This document shows, piece by piece, positions 47,993-58,355 of a stretch of DNA of 64,000 nucleotides; position 1 is the stretch's first letter, and each line of letters begins with the position of its first letter. This stretch comes from Planctomycetota bacterium (lineage in GTDB: Bacteria; Planctomycetota; UBA8108; SXIK01). The translations under genes were made by a program, and so were the position numbers. The notes under the pieces were generated by a model. It saw only the letters and a list, made by a program, of their open reading frames with translations, made no database searches and was not told the origin of the DNA. The DNA is taken from assembly GCA_965223265.1 (NCBI GenBank), contig OZ244999.1:7712001-7776000 (forward strand). Reading direction: 5' to 3'.

Positions 47993-49060
47993 ATGACGAC
48001 GAGCGCATCCATAGAGCCCCAACCAGCAGCCTCGGCGGCGGTGAAGACCGCGCCCGTAACAGCGCTCATTCCGCTCTACAATCGCCGCAAGACCCTCAAG
48101 GCCGGTCTCGACTCGATCGCCGCGCAAAGCGTACGTCCCACCGAGATCCTGATCGTGAACGACGGTTCCGACGATTTCGAGGCATCTGAGCTCGAGGAGT
48201 TCATCGCCGCCTATCCGGGCTGTCGCGTGATTCATCAAGCCAACGCTGGCGTATCAACGGCAAGAAACGTCGGCTTGCTAGCTGCCGCAAACGACGTGAT
48301 TGCGCTACTCGACTCCGACGACGCCTGGCAACCCCATCACATCGAAGATGCTATCACGGCACTCAAGGCGCATGAAAACGTCGCCGTCGTCGTCGGGCGC
48401 TACGAAGTGAGTGATCCCGGCGGAGTGTTCAACGAAGCGGAACTTGCAGCGAAAGAAGAACGGCAACGCTCATGGGCGAGGGCTGCCCAAAGCGAACACG
48501 AAATCGGCTACCTGGTGAGCGGCGCCGCGGCGCTCGATCGATTGCTCAAGGATCAGGCCGGGTTCCATCTGTCGTCGCTAGTGGTCGACCGCACGCGGTT
48601 GAAGCGGGCGGTGTTCTTCGACGAAAACCTCAGCATGTACGAAGATATCGACTACCTATTGCGGCTGGTCTCCATGGGCGACCTGTTCTATATCAAACGC
48701 CCGCAGACATTCTACAATTTCCACTCCGGCAACACCGTGACGCCGTCAGGGTTCACGCTCAAAGGTCAATTCTCGACGCTTCGTAACCATTGCCGCTTCC
48801 GCCAAAAACGCTTCATGTACTGCAGCACGCCGCAGCAGGCGAAAAGCTGTCGCACGAGCCTTGCGGAGGACTACTACCTGATGGCGCAGAGCCTGTCGGA
48901 CTCGGGTCGTTTCGCCGAATCGTTGGATTGGTACTGGCAGAGTTTCACCCTGTGGCCGCGTTGGCGTACGCTCAAGCACGTCATCGCATACAAGCTGCTG
49001 CCCGAATCGGTGCTGCGCCACCGTCTGCACCGACTCGCACGACATCAAAGCGGCAAATAG
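47993..49060 (+). CDS. Glycosyltransferase family 2
   Basis: Motifs LIPLYN, VNDGS, NAGVSTARN, LDSDD and EDIDY. Confidence 0.92.
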   Translation: MTTSASIEPQPAASAAVKTAPVTALIPLYNRRKTLKAGLDSIAAQSVRPTEILIVNDGSDDFEASELEEFIAAYPGCRVIHQANAGVSTARNVGLLAAANDVIALLDSDDAWQPHHIEDAITALKAHENVAVVVGRYEVSDPGGVFNEAELAAKEERQRSWARAAQSEHEIGYLVSGAAALDRLLKDQAGFHLSSLVVDRTRLKRAVFFDENLSMYEDIDYLLRLVSMGDLFYIKRPQTFYNFHSGNTVTPSGFTLKGQFSTLRNHCRFRQKRFMYCSTPQQAKSCRTSLAEDYYLMAQSLSDSGRFAESLDWYWQSFTLWPRWRTLKHVIAYKLLPESVLRHRLHRLARHQSGK

Positions 49061-49092
49061 GCAACATCGGGCAGACCGCCGAAGGCAAGACG

Positions 49093-49929
49093 TCAGTGAA
49101 TCGCCGGCGGGACGACGGCGTTCGAAACGTCAGCACAGACCCGAGCTCGCGCGATGAGCCCCTGTTCCTTGCGGAGATGCGCGCTCGCCTCCACGTCTGG
49201 AAATGAGTGACAGACGATGCCGGCAACGTGACGTCTATGAGACACCACTGATCCATCGGGGCGAGCGATGCACGCCGCCAGCCTCGAGTGGCGCGCAGAG
49301 GAGTTGGCGGCAATGATCCACATCTGGTGATCGGACGCCCGCACACGAAGCTGAGAGACCATCAATTCGTCGAGGACGCCGGGGCCTTTCGCGCGACTGC
49401 GAGCGTTGTAGTAGGAGTGCAGCAAGATCGAAACGCCCTGAGCGTGGTAGGACTCGTAGAGTTCTGGGAAACACGAGTCATAGCAAACGAGAAGGCCGAT
49501 GCGATAGCCGCGAAGAGTGAAGGTCGCACCGTCGCTGCCGGCGGAGAAGTGGTCGGCCTCTCGTCCATAAAGTCGGCGCTTGTCGTATCGAGTCCGCACG
49601 CCGCCCGAGTCTGAAATGACGTACAGACAGTTGGTCGGACGATAACCGCCGCCGACGTCGTGGCAAGAACCAACGACGGTCCAAAGCTCGAGCTCCGACG
49701 CCAAATCTCGAATAGTCTTCGTCTCAGAATCAAGAAGCGACCAGTCGAAAGCGTCAAAGGAGCAAAAGTCAGTGCCGAGATAACCGCACAACGCCGATTC
49801 GGGAAACTGGATCAGGTCGACAGCTTCCGCGGCTGCAGCGCGCATGAAACGTTGAATGTACTTTGAGTTCTTAGAAATGTCCGCCGACACGGGAAACTGG
49901 CACGCTGCCACTTTGAGGCGTTTCTGCAT
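49093..49929 (-). CDS. Carbon-nitrogen hydrolase (nitrilase/amidase superfamily)
   Basis: E-K-C triad contexts FPES, YDKRRL and VCYD. Confidence 0.88.
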   Translation of the reverse strand: MQKRLKVAACQFPVSADISKNSKYIQRFMRAAAAEAVDLIQFPESALCGYLGTDFCSFDAFDWSLLDSETKTIRDLASELELWTVVGSCHDVGGGYRPTNCLYVISDSGGVRTRYDKRRLYGREADHFSAGSDGATFTLRGYRIGLLVCYDSCFPELYESYHAQGVSILLHSYYNARSRAKGPGVLDELMVSQLRVRASDHQMWIIAANSSARHSRLAACIARPDGSVVSHRRHVAGIVCHSFPDVEASAHLRKEQGLIARARVCADVSNAVVPPAIH

Positions 49930-50220
49930 GAAAAGAACTCGGCCAAAAAAAAGACGTTTCGGAACGGCCAGAGTATATCCGCGGTGAGCGGCGAATCCAG
50001 TTTTCGCACTTGTGGCACCGACACATGAGCTTACGGCGAAGACGAAAGAAGAAACGCTGGCACGGCGATTGCACCCCCACGAACGTCGTAGCTCGTTGCT
50101 CGACCGTCGTTACCCACGCGTGAACTGCGCCGAAGAACTGCGGACTCGACTCCAAACACACGCAATCCGCAGGGCAACGGCGCCAGGACCAAAACCGACG
50201 AGTTTCGTCCACAATTTGGA

Positions 50221-50955
50221 GTGCTCGTGCACGCCGAAAAAAAGCGATTAGATCCTTTGGCGCGGCTGGTTCGCGCGTTCTTCGCCGTCGATTGCGGCCT
50301 CTGCATCGCTTACCTCGCCAATGCCGCGGCAGGCGAGCCGTTCTGGAAGATCACCACGCTCCTCGACCTCGAGGGTGAGAACAACATTCCCGCGTGGTAC
50401 TCCTCGATGCAGCTTTTCGTCGTCGCCTGCCTCTTTGGTCTTTTCGCCCGGGCGAGCTTCGACCGCCGCCAGTGGAGGAGCTGGCTGCTGGCACTCTTTC
50501 CACTCATTCTCCTAGCCATGTCGTGCGACGAAATCGCGCAAGTGCACGAGTGGCTTGGAGAAAAGTCCGACGTTCTCTTCGCTTCTGGTTCGCGACTCGG
50601 CAGCAGGTTCTGGTACACGGGTGTTTGGATGTTTGTGATCGGCGTGCCGTTCACACTAGGCGTGGGCCTCCTTTTCCTGCAGCTCACTGCTTTTTTTCGC
50701 CAGTCGCCAGGCGCAACGATCAAATTCCTCGCTGGCCTCCTGGTGTTCGCCGGTTCGGCGGTGGGTGTCGAAGCTCTCGCTAACTTCACCCTGAGCGGCA
50801 CACTCGCCAGAACGGCGCAGGTCAGCTGCGAAGAGTTCGGCGAAATGCTCGGCGTAACAATCTGGCTCTCCGCCACCTGTGACCTACTGCGCGCGAGCGG
50901 CTTTCGCATCCGATGGCAGCAGCAGGAGCGGAGCCGGGTGCGTGAGCTCGTTTGA
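50221..50955 (+). CDS. Multi-pass membrane hypothetical protein
   Basis: About six TMs. Motifs DLxxExNIPAWYS, SCDE...HE and EEFGEMLG. Confidence 0.75.
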   Translation: MLVHAEKKRLDPLARLVRAFFAVDCGLCIAYLANAAAGEPFWKITTLLDLEGENNIPAWYSSMQLFVVACLFGLFARASFDRRQWRSWLLALFPLILLAMSCDEIAQVHEWLGEKSDVLFASGSRLGSRFWYTGVWMFVIGVPFTLGVGLLFLQLTAFFRQSPGATIKFLAGLLVFAGSAVGVEALANFTLSGTLARTAQVSCEEFGEMLGVTIWLSATCDLLRASGFRIRWQQQERSRVRELV

Positions 50956-51253
50956 CCCGCGACTCGCGGCTGCAAAGTTCTACCACCGCGCGGGCGAGCG
51001 GGCGCCTACTACCGAGAAGGGTGCGATTGAGTGTGCAACCACCAATACCGTCACCCCGTACACACGCCAAAAAGCGTTGCCTTGGTTTGCGGGCCCGCTT
51101 ACCATCGATCAGGTCGTATCGACGCGTTCACAGCGAGGAGAACGGTCAACGTGCGAAGCAGGGGGACGCCCCCGGGGTGCATTCAAGTAGCTTGGTGACA
51201 TGCGCCTCGGTGTCTGACACGCTACTGGTTTCGCCGACGCTCGGAGTGTACCC

Positions 51254-51871
51254 ATGACCGAAGCTCTTCGGCCCCTCATCGAATCGGCGCAAGCGGGAGA
51301 TCGTGAAGCGCTCGACAAGCTGGCTGGCTGTGTCGACCGTTTCGTGCGTATGTTCAGCGGCTCGCTGTCGCGGTACCTCAGAAGAACACAAGGCTCGACT
51401 CTCGACTTCGTCAATGAGGGTCTAGCTGAGGCGCTTGCCCATCTCGACAAGTTCGAGTACCGCAGCGACGAGGAGTTCTACGGCTGGGTCGCCCGACTGA
51501 TTCGCAGCCGCATACTCGACGCGATCCGACGCGAGAAACGCCAGAAGCGCGATGGGCGGCCGTTTCATCTCGACACACGCTGTGGCGTGGCCGCCGCAGA
51601 TCCGACGCCGTCTCAGATCATCTCGATGGCGGAAGTTCGCGAAACTGTGAAGACTTCAATGCTGCGGCTCCAACTCGACTATCCAAGCGAAATGGAAGCC
51701 GTTCTTCTCAAGATCTTTGAGGGTCACTCCTGGCCCGAAATACAAACGAGCATGAATCTCGGCTCCCAGAAACGGGCACGAACACTGTGCGCGCGCGGCC
51801 TCGATCTACTACGCCCGCGCGTCGAGAAGGCCGTCGGCCAGCAGGCGTTCGGGGAGTTTCTCGGGCTGTGA
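51254..51871 (+). CDS. ECF-type sigma factor, kinase-associated
   Basis: Motifs AQAGDREAL, FYGWVARLIRSRILD, TPSQ and HSWPEI. GTGA overlap with the kinase gene. Confidence 0.8.
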   Translation: MTEALRPLIESAQAGDREALDKLAGCVDRFVRMFSGSLSRYLRRTQGSTLDFVNEGLAEALAHLDKFEYRSDEEFYGWVARLIRSRILDAIRREKRQKRDGRPFHLDTRCGVAAADPTPSQIISMAEVRETVKTSMLRLQLDYPSEMEAVLLKIFEGHSWPEIQTSMNLGSQKRARTLCARGLDLLRPRVEKAVGQQAFGEFLGL

Positions 51872-54417
51872 ACGTCGAGGAACTCTACGAGGACTTCGTC
51901 ACGCGATACTTCGAAGGTGGCGAACGCGAGATTCCAGAGGCGTGGCCCGTAGAGCTGCGCAAGCGCTGCCTCTTTTTTCTCCGCATGGTTGAAGCGGAAG
52001 GATCACCGGGCGAGGGAGTTCAGAGTATTCTAAGCCAACTAGAACGACTCGGCGCCTCGGCCAGCGACATGCGCACGTCATCGGTTTCTCTCGAGCCGCA
52101 CGCAAGCGATTTCGACCTTAGCACCAACGGCGAGCGCTACCGCGTTGAGCAAGAAGTTGCGCGTGGTGGCATGGGAAGAATCCTCTTGGCGTATGATCGC
52201 GATTTCCGTCGTCGCATCGCAATGAAGGTGATGATCGGATCGGTAGACGAAGTCGTCCGCAGTTCTCGATTCATCCAGGAGGCGCAAACAACTGCGCAGC
52301 TGGAGCACCCGAACATCGGTCCGGTCTACGATATCGGAATCGACGCCGACTCGAACCCGTTCTTCACCATGAAGTGGATCCGCGGCCGCAATCTCGCGCA
52401 AGTGATCCGCGAGCAACGCGAAAACTTCTCGCTCATCCGCTTCGTCCAAACCCTCCAGCAGGCCGCGATGGGCGTTCACTTTGCCAACAGCAAGGGCGTC
52501 ATCCACCGTGACCTTAAGCCGCAGAACATTATGGTCGGAGACTTCGGCGAAGTGCTCGTCGTCGACTGGGGTCTCGCGAAAATCCTCGGCGCCAACGGCT
52601 CCGAAGAGCTGATCGGGACTGAGCTCGTGCCCGAGGAGTCGATCTCGACGACGCGCGTCGATCACGATCAAAAAACCCTCGAAGGATCGGTTCACGGCAG
52701 CATCCCTTACATGGCACCGGAACAAGCGCGAGGTGAAGTGAGTGAAATCGACCACAGAACCGACGTGTTTGGGCTCGGTGCGATCCTCTATGAAGTCCTC
52801 ACTGGCGCACCGCTTTACGTAGAAGACAGCCTGAAGGTGGCCCTGGCGCGCGCGCGCCGTACGGAGATCGTGCCGCCGCTTGAGAAATCCCCTGAGCGTT
52901 CAATCCCGCGCCTGCTGGCAGAAATCTGCTCGCGAGCGTTGGCAGCAGACAAAAGCCAGCGTTACCAGTCTGCCAAGGAGTTTCATGACGCCCTACAGGA
53001 ATACATCGAGGGAATCCACCACGCGGAGCGACAGACGGCAGAAGCGAACCGACTCGTCTGGGTGGCGGAAAAACTCCGCTCTCAGCTTTTCGAGGCGGAA
53101 AGAAAGTTGGCTCAGCTACGCCAAGAGGAAAGCGAGCTGAGAGAGCGCGTCAACAGCTACGACCCCGAGGAAAGGAAAAAACCGCTTTGGGAACTCACCG
53201 AAAAATGCGATCAAGCAGAAGAAACCGTCGACAGTGAGTTCACGAACACCACGGCGGCCTATCACGCGGTGTTGAGCATCTCGCCGCAACACCCAGAGGC
53301 ACGTCGTGCCCTCGCCGACATTTTCTATCGTCGCCTCCTCGCATCTGAGGAGCGCGGTGAGACCGAGGCAATGAGCCTGTATCGTAACCTCGTCGAGCAG
53401 TACGATGACGGCCACTATCACGCAGAACTGAGCGGCGAAGGTGTGCTCCGGGTCGAGACGGACCCGGCAGGTGCGACCGTGCTCCTGTGTCGTTTCGAGA
53501 AGAGAGGCTTGCTGCTCGCCGAAGGCAAATGGGAAACCGCGGGTACAACACCACTCGAATGCAGCCTACCTCAGGGCTCGTACTTGATCCTACTATGGAA
53601 GGAAGGATTCGACGAGGCCCGCTATCCGTTCGTCATCGATCGCAGCGGGCCACATAAGGCACGCGTCCGTCTCGCCAAAGCGGGCGCGATCCCCGAAGGA
53701 TTCGTTCAGATCCCGGGCGGACCGACCATCGTTGGGTCGGATCAGACAGACTTCAACGCCCTGCCGCGGCGCTCGATCGAGGTGGGAGATTTTTTTGCGG
53801 CGCAGTACCCCGTAACGTTTGGGGACTACTGCTCGTTTCTTAACGAGCAGTTTGGCACCGACGCCGACGTTCCAACCGAACTCGGCTCCTTTTTCGGGAA
53901 AGAACGCTACATCGTGCGAGATGAGCACGGCAAGTTGGTTCCGCAGGAGAAACTCGATCCACGCATGGCTGTCGCTGCCGTGAGCGCCGAAGGCGCCGGA
54001 GCTTATTGTGAGTGGTTAGGCAACAAGCTGCGTAAACCGATCCGTCTCCTGACCGAAGAAGAGTGGGAGCGCTGCGCGCGTGGTGCGGACGGACGGCTCT
54101 ACCCGTGGGGCAATGGATTCGACTGGGCACTTTGCAAAGGCGCTCCGTCACGCCAAGGCCGACCGTTCCCCGACCCCGTGGGCACGTTCGAAAGAGATGT
54201 CTCGGTGTTTGGCGTGCGTGACCTCGCTGGAACGATCCGCGAGCTCTGCGCTGGCACCGTCAGTGAAGGCTACGGTCCGTGCCGAGGCGGCTCGTGGTTC
54301 CTCCACTTTCCGTTCGTCTTCCGCAATGACTTCCGCACGCTGCAGCGCAGCACCGACCGATTCACCGATTGCGGCTTCCGGGTTGGCTACTCCGATGAGA
54401 GTGGAAACGAACGATAG
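51868..54417 (+). CDS. Hanks-type Ser/Thr kinase with coiled coil, PEGA-like and C-terminal FGE-sulfatase (CLec) domains
   Basis: Kinase motifs RGGMG, AMK, HRDLKPQN, DWGLAK, YMAPEQ and DVFGLG. PEGA-like LRVETDPAGA. FGE motifs EWERCARG, YPWG, RGGSW and GFR. No TM helix evident. Confidence 0.92.
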   Translation: MNVEELYEDFVTRYFEGGEREIPEAWPVELRKRCLFFLRMVEAEGSPGEGVQSILSQLERLGASASDMRTSSVSLEPHASDFDLSTNGERYRVEQEVARGGMGRILLAYDRDFRRRIAMKVMIGSVDEVVRSSRFIQEAQTTAQLEHPNIGPVYDIGIDADSNPFFTMKWIRGRNLAQVIREQRENFSLIRFVQTLQQAAMGVHFANSKGVIHRDLKPQNIMVGDFGEVLVVDWGLAKILGANGSEELIGTELVPEESISTTRVDHDQKTLEGSVHGSIPYMAPEQARGEVSEIDHRTDVFGLGAILYEVLTGAPLYVEDSLKVALARARRTEIVPPLEKSPERSIPRLLAEICSRALAADKSQRYQSAKEFHDALQEYIEGIHHAERQTAEANRLVWVAEKLRSQLFEAERKLAQLRQEESELRERVNSYDPEERKKPLWELTEKCDQAEETVDSEFTNTTAAYHAVLSISPQHPEARRALADIFYRRLLASEERGETEAMSLYRNLVEQYDDGHYHAELSGEGVLRVETDPAGATVLLCRFEKRGLLLAEGKWETAGTTPLECSLPQGSYLILLWKEGFDEARYPFVIDRSGPHKARVRLAKAGAIPEGFVQIPGGPTIVGSDQTDFNALPRRSIEVGDFFAAQYPVTFGDYCSFLNEQFGTDADVPTELGSFFGKERYIVRDEHGKLVPQEKLDPRMAVAAVSAEGAGAYCEWLGNKLRKPIRLLTEEEWERCARGADGRLYPWGNGFDWALCKGAPSRQGRPFPDPVGTFERDVSVFGVRDLAGTIRELCAGTVSEGYGPCRGGSWFLHFPFVFRNDFRTLQRSTDRFTDCGFRVGYSDESGNER

Positions 54418-54739
54418 ACTCTCATGCACTTCGTCGCCTCCGAAGTCGGTTGGCGACCACCTTGAGATTCGCGTTTTCGTGCCTTTTCGACGAGCCTCCC
54501 GCCTGGGTTCAGCCTTAAAATGGCGAAGCAGGGTCGACAAGGGGGGAATAGATCGCCCGCGTTCAATTCGGGTGAGGGGTCCGCAGGTTTTTTTAGAAAA
54601 CGTCGATTTCGTCGGGCAGGGCAGACGAAAAACAACGTTTCATCCGACGACGGGCTCTGCGGACGTACAGCGCACGAACAGAACCTTTTTTCGCCCGTGG
54701 CATGTCCAACCGACGCCACACAAGGAGATCGAAGGACGC

Positions 54740-56962
54740 ATGATCTCACTCAGCCAAACAGTCGACCGAGGCTTCCGAGTCTACCTCGGCGAACGAAGTG
54801 CGCAGCGGCCAAGGGCGGCTGCCGTCCTCCTTCTCAGTATTTTCATCTGCACTCAAGTTTCAGGCGCTGAAGGCGGCGGCGGCGTCCCAGAGCGTGAGTT
54901 CCTACGGGGCGACGTCAACGTGGACGGACGCGTCACCCACAGCGACGCTCTCCTCCTGTTTTCTTCGCTCTTTTCGAACGGTGTTCGAACTTGCGATGAT
55001 GCTGCTGACGTGAACGACGACGGTATCGTCAACATCACCGACGGCACAAATCTTGTACGCTTCGCCTTCATCGCTGACGACGCAACACCTCCGTCGCCGC
55101 CGTTTCCTGACCCCGGCACAGATCCCACCGCGGACGCACTCGACTGCGCCGAACCGCAGGTGGTTCCGCCTGAGGTCGTAGAAGGATTCTCACTGCGTTG
55201 GGATGCCCCGAGCACGATCCGCTCCGGTGCTCGACAGGTCGAAGCGTTCTTGAACGCGTCGACAGCCGAACCGATTGCATGCCTCACTGCCGCGTTTCGC
55301 ATCGACCGTCGATTGGCCTCGCTCTGTGAGATTGACACGGAAGGAACCATTCTCCCTGAAGAACTCCGAACGGGGTTCGAACTCACTCGCCTGCGTGTCG
55401 TTGTCTCGGACGCGTTCGATCCGCGCTTCTCGCTCGTTCGCGTCCTCGCGCTCTACGACAACGGGACAGAAGATCCCATCGCTTTCCCGGCAACCGAGCG
55501 CGCGCTGGTCGATGAACCTCTTCTCCGCGTAGTCTTTGATGTCCGGGAAGACGCAGCCATTGGAGCCGACCGCAGCATCATTTTGCCCGCTCTGCCCGAG
55601 GACCTTCCAGCTGAAGAGCCAGGCGGACTCAACGAGTTCTGTACGGGCTTCGACGCCGTTCTGCCGGAGAGCGTTGGCACGCTCCAAGCAGCGATCGTCG
55701 AGCCACCAAGGTTCATTCGCGGCGACGTCAACCTCAACGGTCAGGTCACTGGCGTCGATGCCCGATTGATGCTCGATGTTCTCTTTTTGATCAGCGGCTC
55801 GTTTCGCTGCGACGACGCCGCCGACGTCAACGACGACGGTATCGTTAACATCACCGATCCCGTCTCACTCCTGTCGTTCATCTTTCTTTCCAGCGTGCCA
55901 CCCCAGGCGCCTTTCCCTTTTCCCGGTCCTGATCCCACCGACGATGACCCGCTCGACTGCGCCGATTCGAACATCGTTCCGCCGGTCCTCGATTTCGACT
56001 ATGAGATCGCGTGGGAAACCGATCCGGAAGTTCTCCAGAGCCAGAAGAATGTCGACATCTACCTGCTCGCCACCACCGAGGCGGCCATAGAGTGCTTCTC
56101 GATTGCGTACCGCTTTCGAGCCGACATCGTTGAGAATATCCGCGTCGACTTTGAGGACACGGTGATGCCGCCCGAAGTGCGAGCAAGCTTTGAGTCATCA
56201 GACTTTTTCACAGTTGAGCTAAGCCCCGAAGGCGACCTCCTGCAAGTGGGAGCACTCTTTGTGGACAATAGCCTCGTGCAGCTCGAGTTCGCCGCCACCC
56301 AGCGACCTCTGGCTCGCGAACGCCTGCTGCACATTCGCATTGACATAGCAGACGACGCACCGCCGGGAGACAATGTCGTGCTCTTTTCAGCTGTGGAGCC
56401 AGGCGACCTCCCGAAAGACAATAAGTTCTTCAACGAATTCTGTCGCAACGGTGCTAACGCCGGCGGCGGCGGTGCGTTCGCTGCGATCGAGCTCGGCGCC
56501 GGCGATACCGAAAGAGGGGACGGGGGCGGAGGAATCGAGGACGAAGCGCAGAGCGTTCAACCGAAAACCGACAACGTCGAAATCAACATCATTGGTGGAG
56601 GGGAGTTCCTTCGCGGCGATGCGAACGGAGACAGCGCGCTTGACATCAGCGACGTTCTTTTCATCGCCAACGCACTCTTTTCGCAGGGTGCCGAGCAGCC
56701 CGTGTGCCTCGATGCCGCAGATGCGAACGGTGATCGCGTTTTGGATATCAGCGATCCGCAGTACCTAGCCAACTGGATGTTTCTCGGACTGACCATGCCC
56801 GAGCGCTACTCGCCACCGCCTCCTCCGTTCAACGTTGAGGGGATCTGCGAGCTCGACGTTGTGTTTCTCGGTTGTGAGACACCACTGACAAGTTGCTGCC
56901 GCTGCCCACAGGACGCTCTGGAACCCGCGTGTCAGGCGGTATGCGCCGGAGGATCCAACTGA
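54740..56962 (+). CDS. Secreted scaffoldin-like protein: three dockerin-like modules alternating with two cohesin-like beta-sandwiches
   Basis: ATG 54740 after GAAGGA, then a signal-like segment. Three F.RGD.N.DG...C.DAAD.N.D...D modules. Two homologous ~150-aa spacers (TxExI.C...A.R...LLR/HI..D...DA..G). Confidence 0.78.
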   Translation: MISLSQTVDRGFRVYLGERSAQRPRAAAVLLLSIFICTQVSGAEGGGGVPEREFLRGDVNVDGRVTHSDALLLFSSLFSNGVRTCDDAADVNDDGIVNITDGTNLVRFAFIADDATPPSPPFPDPGTDPTADALDCAEPQVVPPEVVEGFSLRWDAPSTIRSGARQVEAFLNASTAEPIACLTAAFRIDRRLASLCEIDTEGTILPEELRTGFELTRLRVVVSDAFDPRFSLVRVLALYDNGTEDPIAFPATERALVDEPLLRVVFDVREDAAIGADRSIILPALPEDLPAEEPGGLNEFCTGFDAVLPESVGTLQAAIVEPPRFIRGDVNLNGQVTGVDARLMLDVLFLISGSFRCDDAADVNDDGIVNITDPVSLLSFIFLSSVPPQAPFPFPGPDPTDDDPLDCADSNIVPPVLDFDYEIAWETDPEVLQSQKNVDIYLLATTEAAIECFSIAYRFRADIVENIRVDFEDTVMPPEVRASFESSDFFTVELSPEGDLLQVGALFVDNSLVQLEFAATQRPLARERLLHIRIDIADDAPPGDNVVLFSAVEPGDLPKDNKFFNEFCRNGANAGGGGAFAAIELGAGDTERGDGGGGIEDEAQSVQPKTDNVEINIIGGGEFLRGDANGDSALDISDVLFIANALFSQGAEQPVCLDAADANGDRVLDISDPQYLANWMFLGLTMPERYSPPPPPFNVEGICELDVVFLGCETPLTSCCRCPQDALEPACQAVCAGGSN

Positions 56963-56993
56963 ACCTCGCCTCCGCCGCGTCATCCTTTCAGCC

Positions 56994-58277
56994 ATGATGA
57001 ACGAAGATTCTCTGGCTGCCGTTGATCGAACGCTCTCGGGAGGAGCGTTCGTGCAGCCACGGTACGAGTCGTACTGTTTCGCCCGCATCCCGGGCACCAT
57101 CGAACGTCTGCTGACGGGAACTTCAGCACAGCCAGCACTACCAGAAGCCGCTTTCACGTCGCTGGCGCCGCAGTATGACCAAGTCATCGTTTTCCTCGTC
57201 GACGCGTTTGGTTGGCGCTTCTACGACGCCTTCGCACCTGGCATTCCGTTCCTGCAGAGAATCAGCGCCTCCGGGGTCGTCAGCAAATTGACGTCTATGT
57301 TCCCGTCGACAACAGCGGCACACGTCACGTGTATGCACAGCGGACTGCCGGTGGCACGGTCTGGAATCTACGAGTGGTACATGTATGAGCCGCTTGTCGA
57401 CCGCATCATTAGTCCACTGCGATTCTGCTTCAGCGGCGATTCCGGTCGCGACACTCTACTGCATGCGGGGGTCTCGCCTCAGGATCTCCTTCCTCCCTGT
57501 TCATTCTATTCGTCGCTTCGCAATCACGGCGTTCACTCGTTCGTTTATCAGGACGTTTCATACGCCCGCAGTGCGTACAGTCGATTCGCTACGACTGGAG
57601 CCGAAAGTGTTCCTTGCATAGGCCTCCGCCATGGTCTCGAACAACTTCATGCGAACGCCACTTCTGGACCAAAGCCGGCATACCACTTCTTCTACGTCGA
57701 CCGGTTCGATTCCTACTGCCACGAGCATGGTCCCCTCGGCCAAAACCTCAAGGACGTCGCCGACGCCATCTTCGCCGCGGTCGATGAATACTTCGCGCTG
57801 CCGGCGCAGGGCAAGCTGCCGAGCACGCTCCTCATCGTCACGGCCGACCACGGCCAGGTAGAGGTCGATCCCCTCACGTGCCTCTACCTTGACGAGGAGT
57901 GGCCGAACATCGGCGCTTACTTGGAGTCAGACAGACATGGAAACGTCATCGCACCGGCCGGCTCAGCCCGCGATTTCTTTCTCCACGTGAGGGCGGACTG
58001 CATCGACCGTATCGCGACAGAGCTGCGGGATCGTCTCGATGGACGAGCGGCGGTCCAAAGAACTGCGGATCTCGTCGCGGCGGGTGTCTTCGGTCCAGAT
58101 CCGCTCGACGATCGGCTCATTTCGCGCGTTGGGAATCTGGTTGTGCTGCCATTCGCCGGGGAGAGCGTGTTTTGGGCAGGCGACGGCGGCGCCTTCAAGC
58201 ACAGTTTCCGCGGTCATCATGGTGGGTTGACGCGGCAGGAAATGGAAACCGTGTTCATCGCTTGCGAACTGAACTGA
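56994..58277 (+). CDS. Alkaline phosphatase superfamily / nucleotide pyrophosphatase-phosphodiesterase
   Basis: Motifs FLVDAFGW, FPSTTAA, DxxxHxxG, TADHG and GHHGG. Confidence 0.88.
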   Translation: MMNEDSLAAVDRTLSGGAFVQPRYESYCFARIPGTIERLLTGTSAQPALPEAAFTSLAPQYDQVIVFLVDAFGWRFYDAFAPGIPFLQRISASGVVSKLTSMFPSTTAAHVTCMHSGLPVARSGIYEWYMYEPLVDRIISPLRFCFSGDSGRDTLLHAGVSPQDLLPPCSFYSSLRNHGVHSFVYQDVSYARSAYSRFATTGAESVPCIGLRHGLEQLHANATSGPKPAYHFFYVDRFDSYCHEHGPLGQNLKDVADAIFAAVDEYFALPAQGKLPSTLLIVTADHGQVEVDPLTCLYLDEEWPNIGAYLESDRHGNVIAPAGSARDFFLHVRADCIDRIATELRDRLDGRAAVQRTADLVAAGVFGPDPLDDRLISRVGNLVVLPFAGESVFWAGDGGAFKHSFRGHHGGLTRQEMETVFIACELN

Positions 58278-58355
58278 CACGACCCGGCGAGCTTAGCCGC
58301 CAAAGGGAGCAAACACTGCCGGCAAAAACGTCACTGTCTTGTTCCGGCGTTTGGA

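Noticed and set aside
54080-54739. Long N-terminal extensions in the ORF track (also at 7307, 29684, 32165, 37244, 61955 and 62046)
   Set aside because: They overlap neighbouring genes or intergenic DNA. Downstream starts with an RBS and/or signal peptide fit better.
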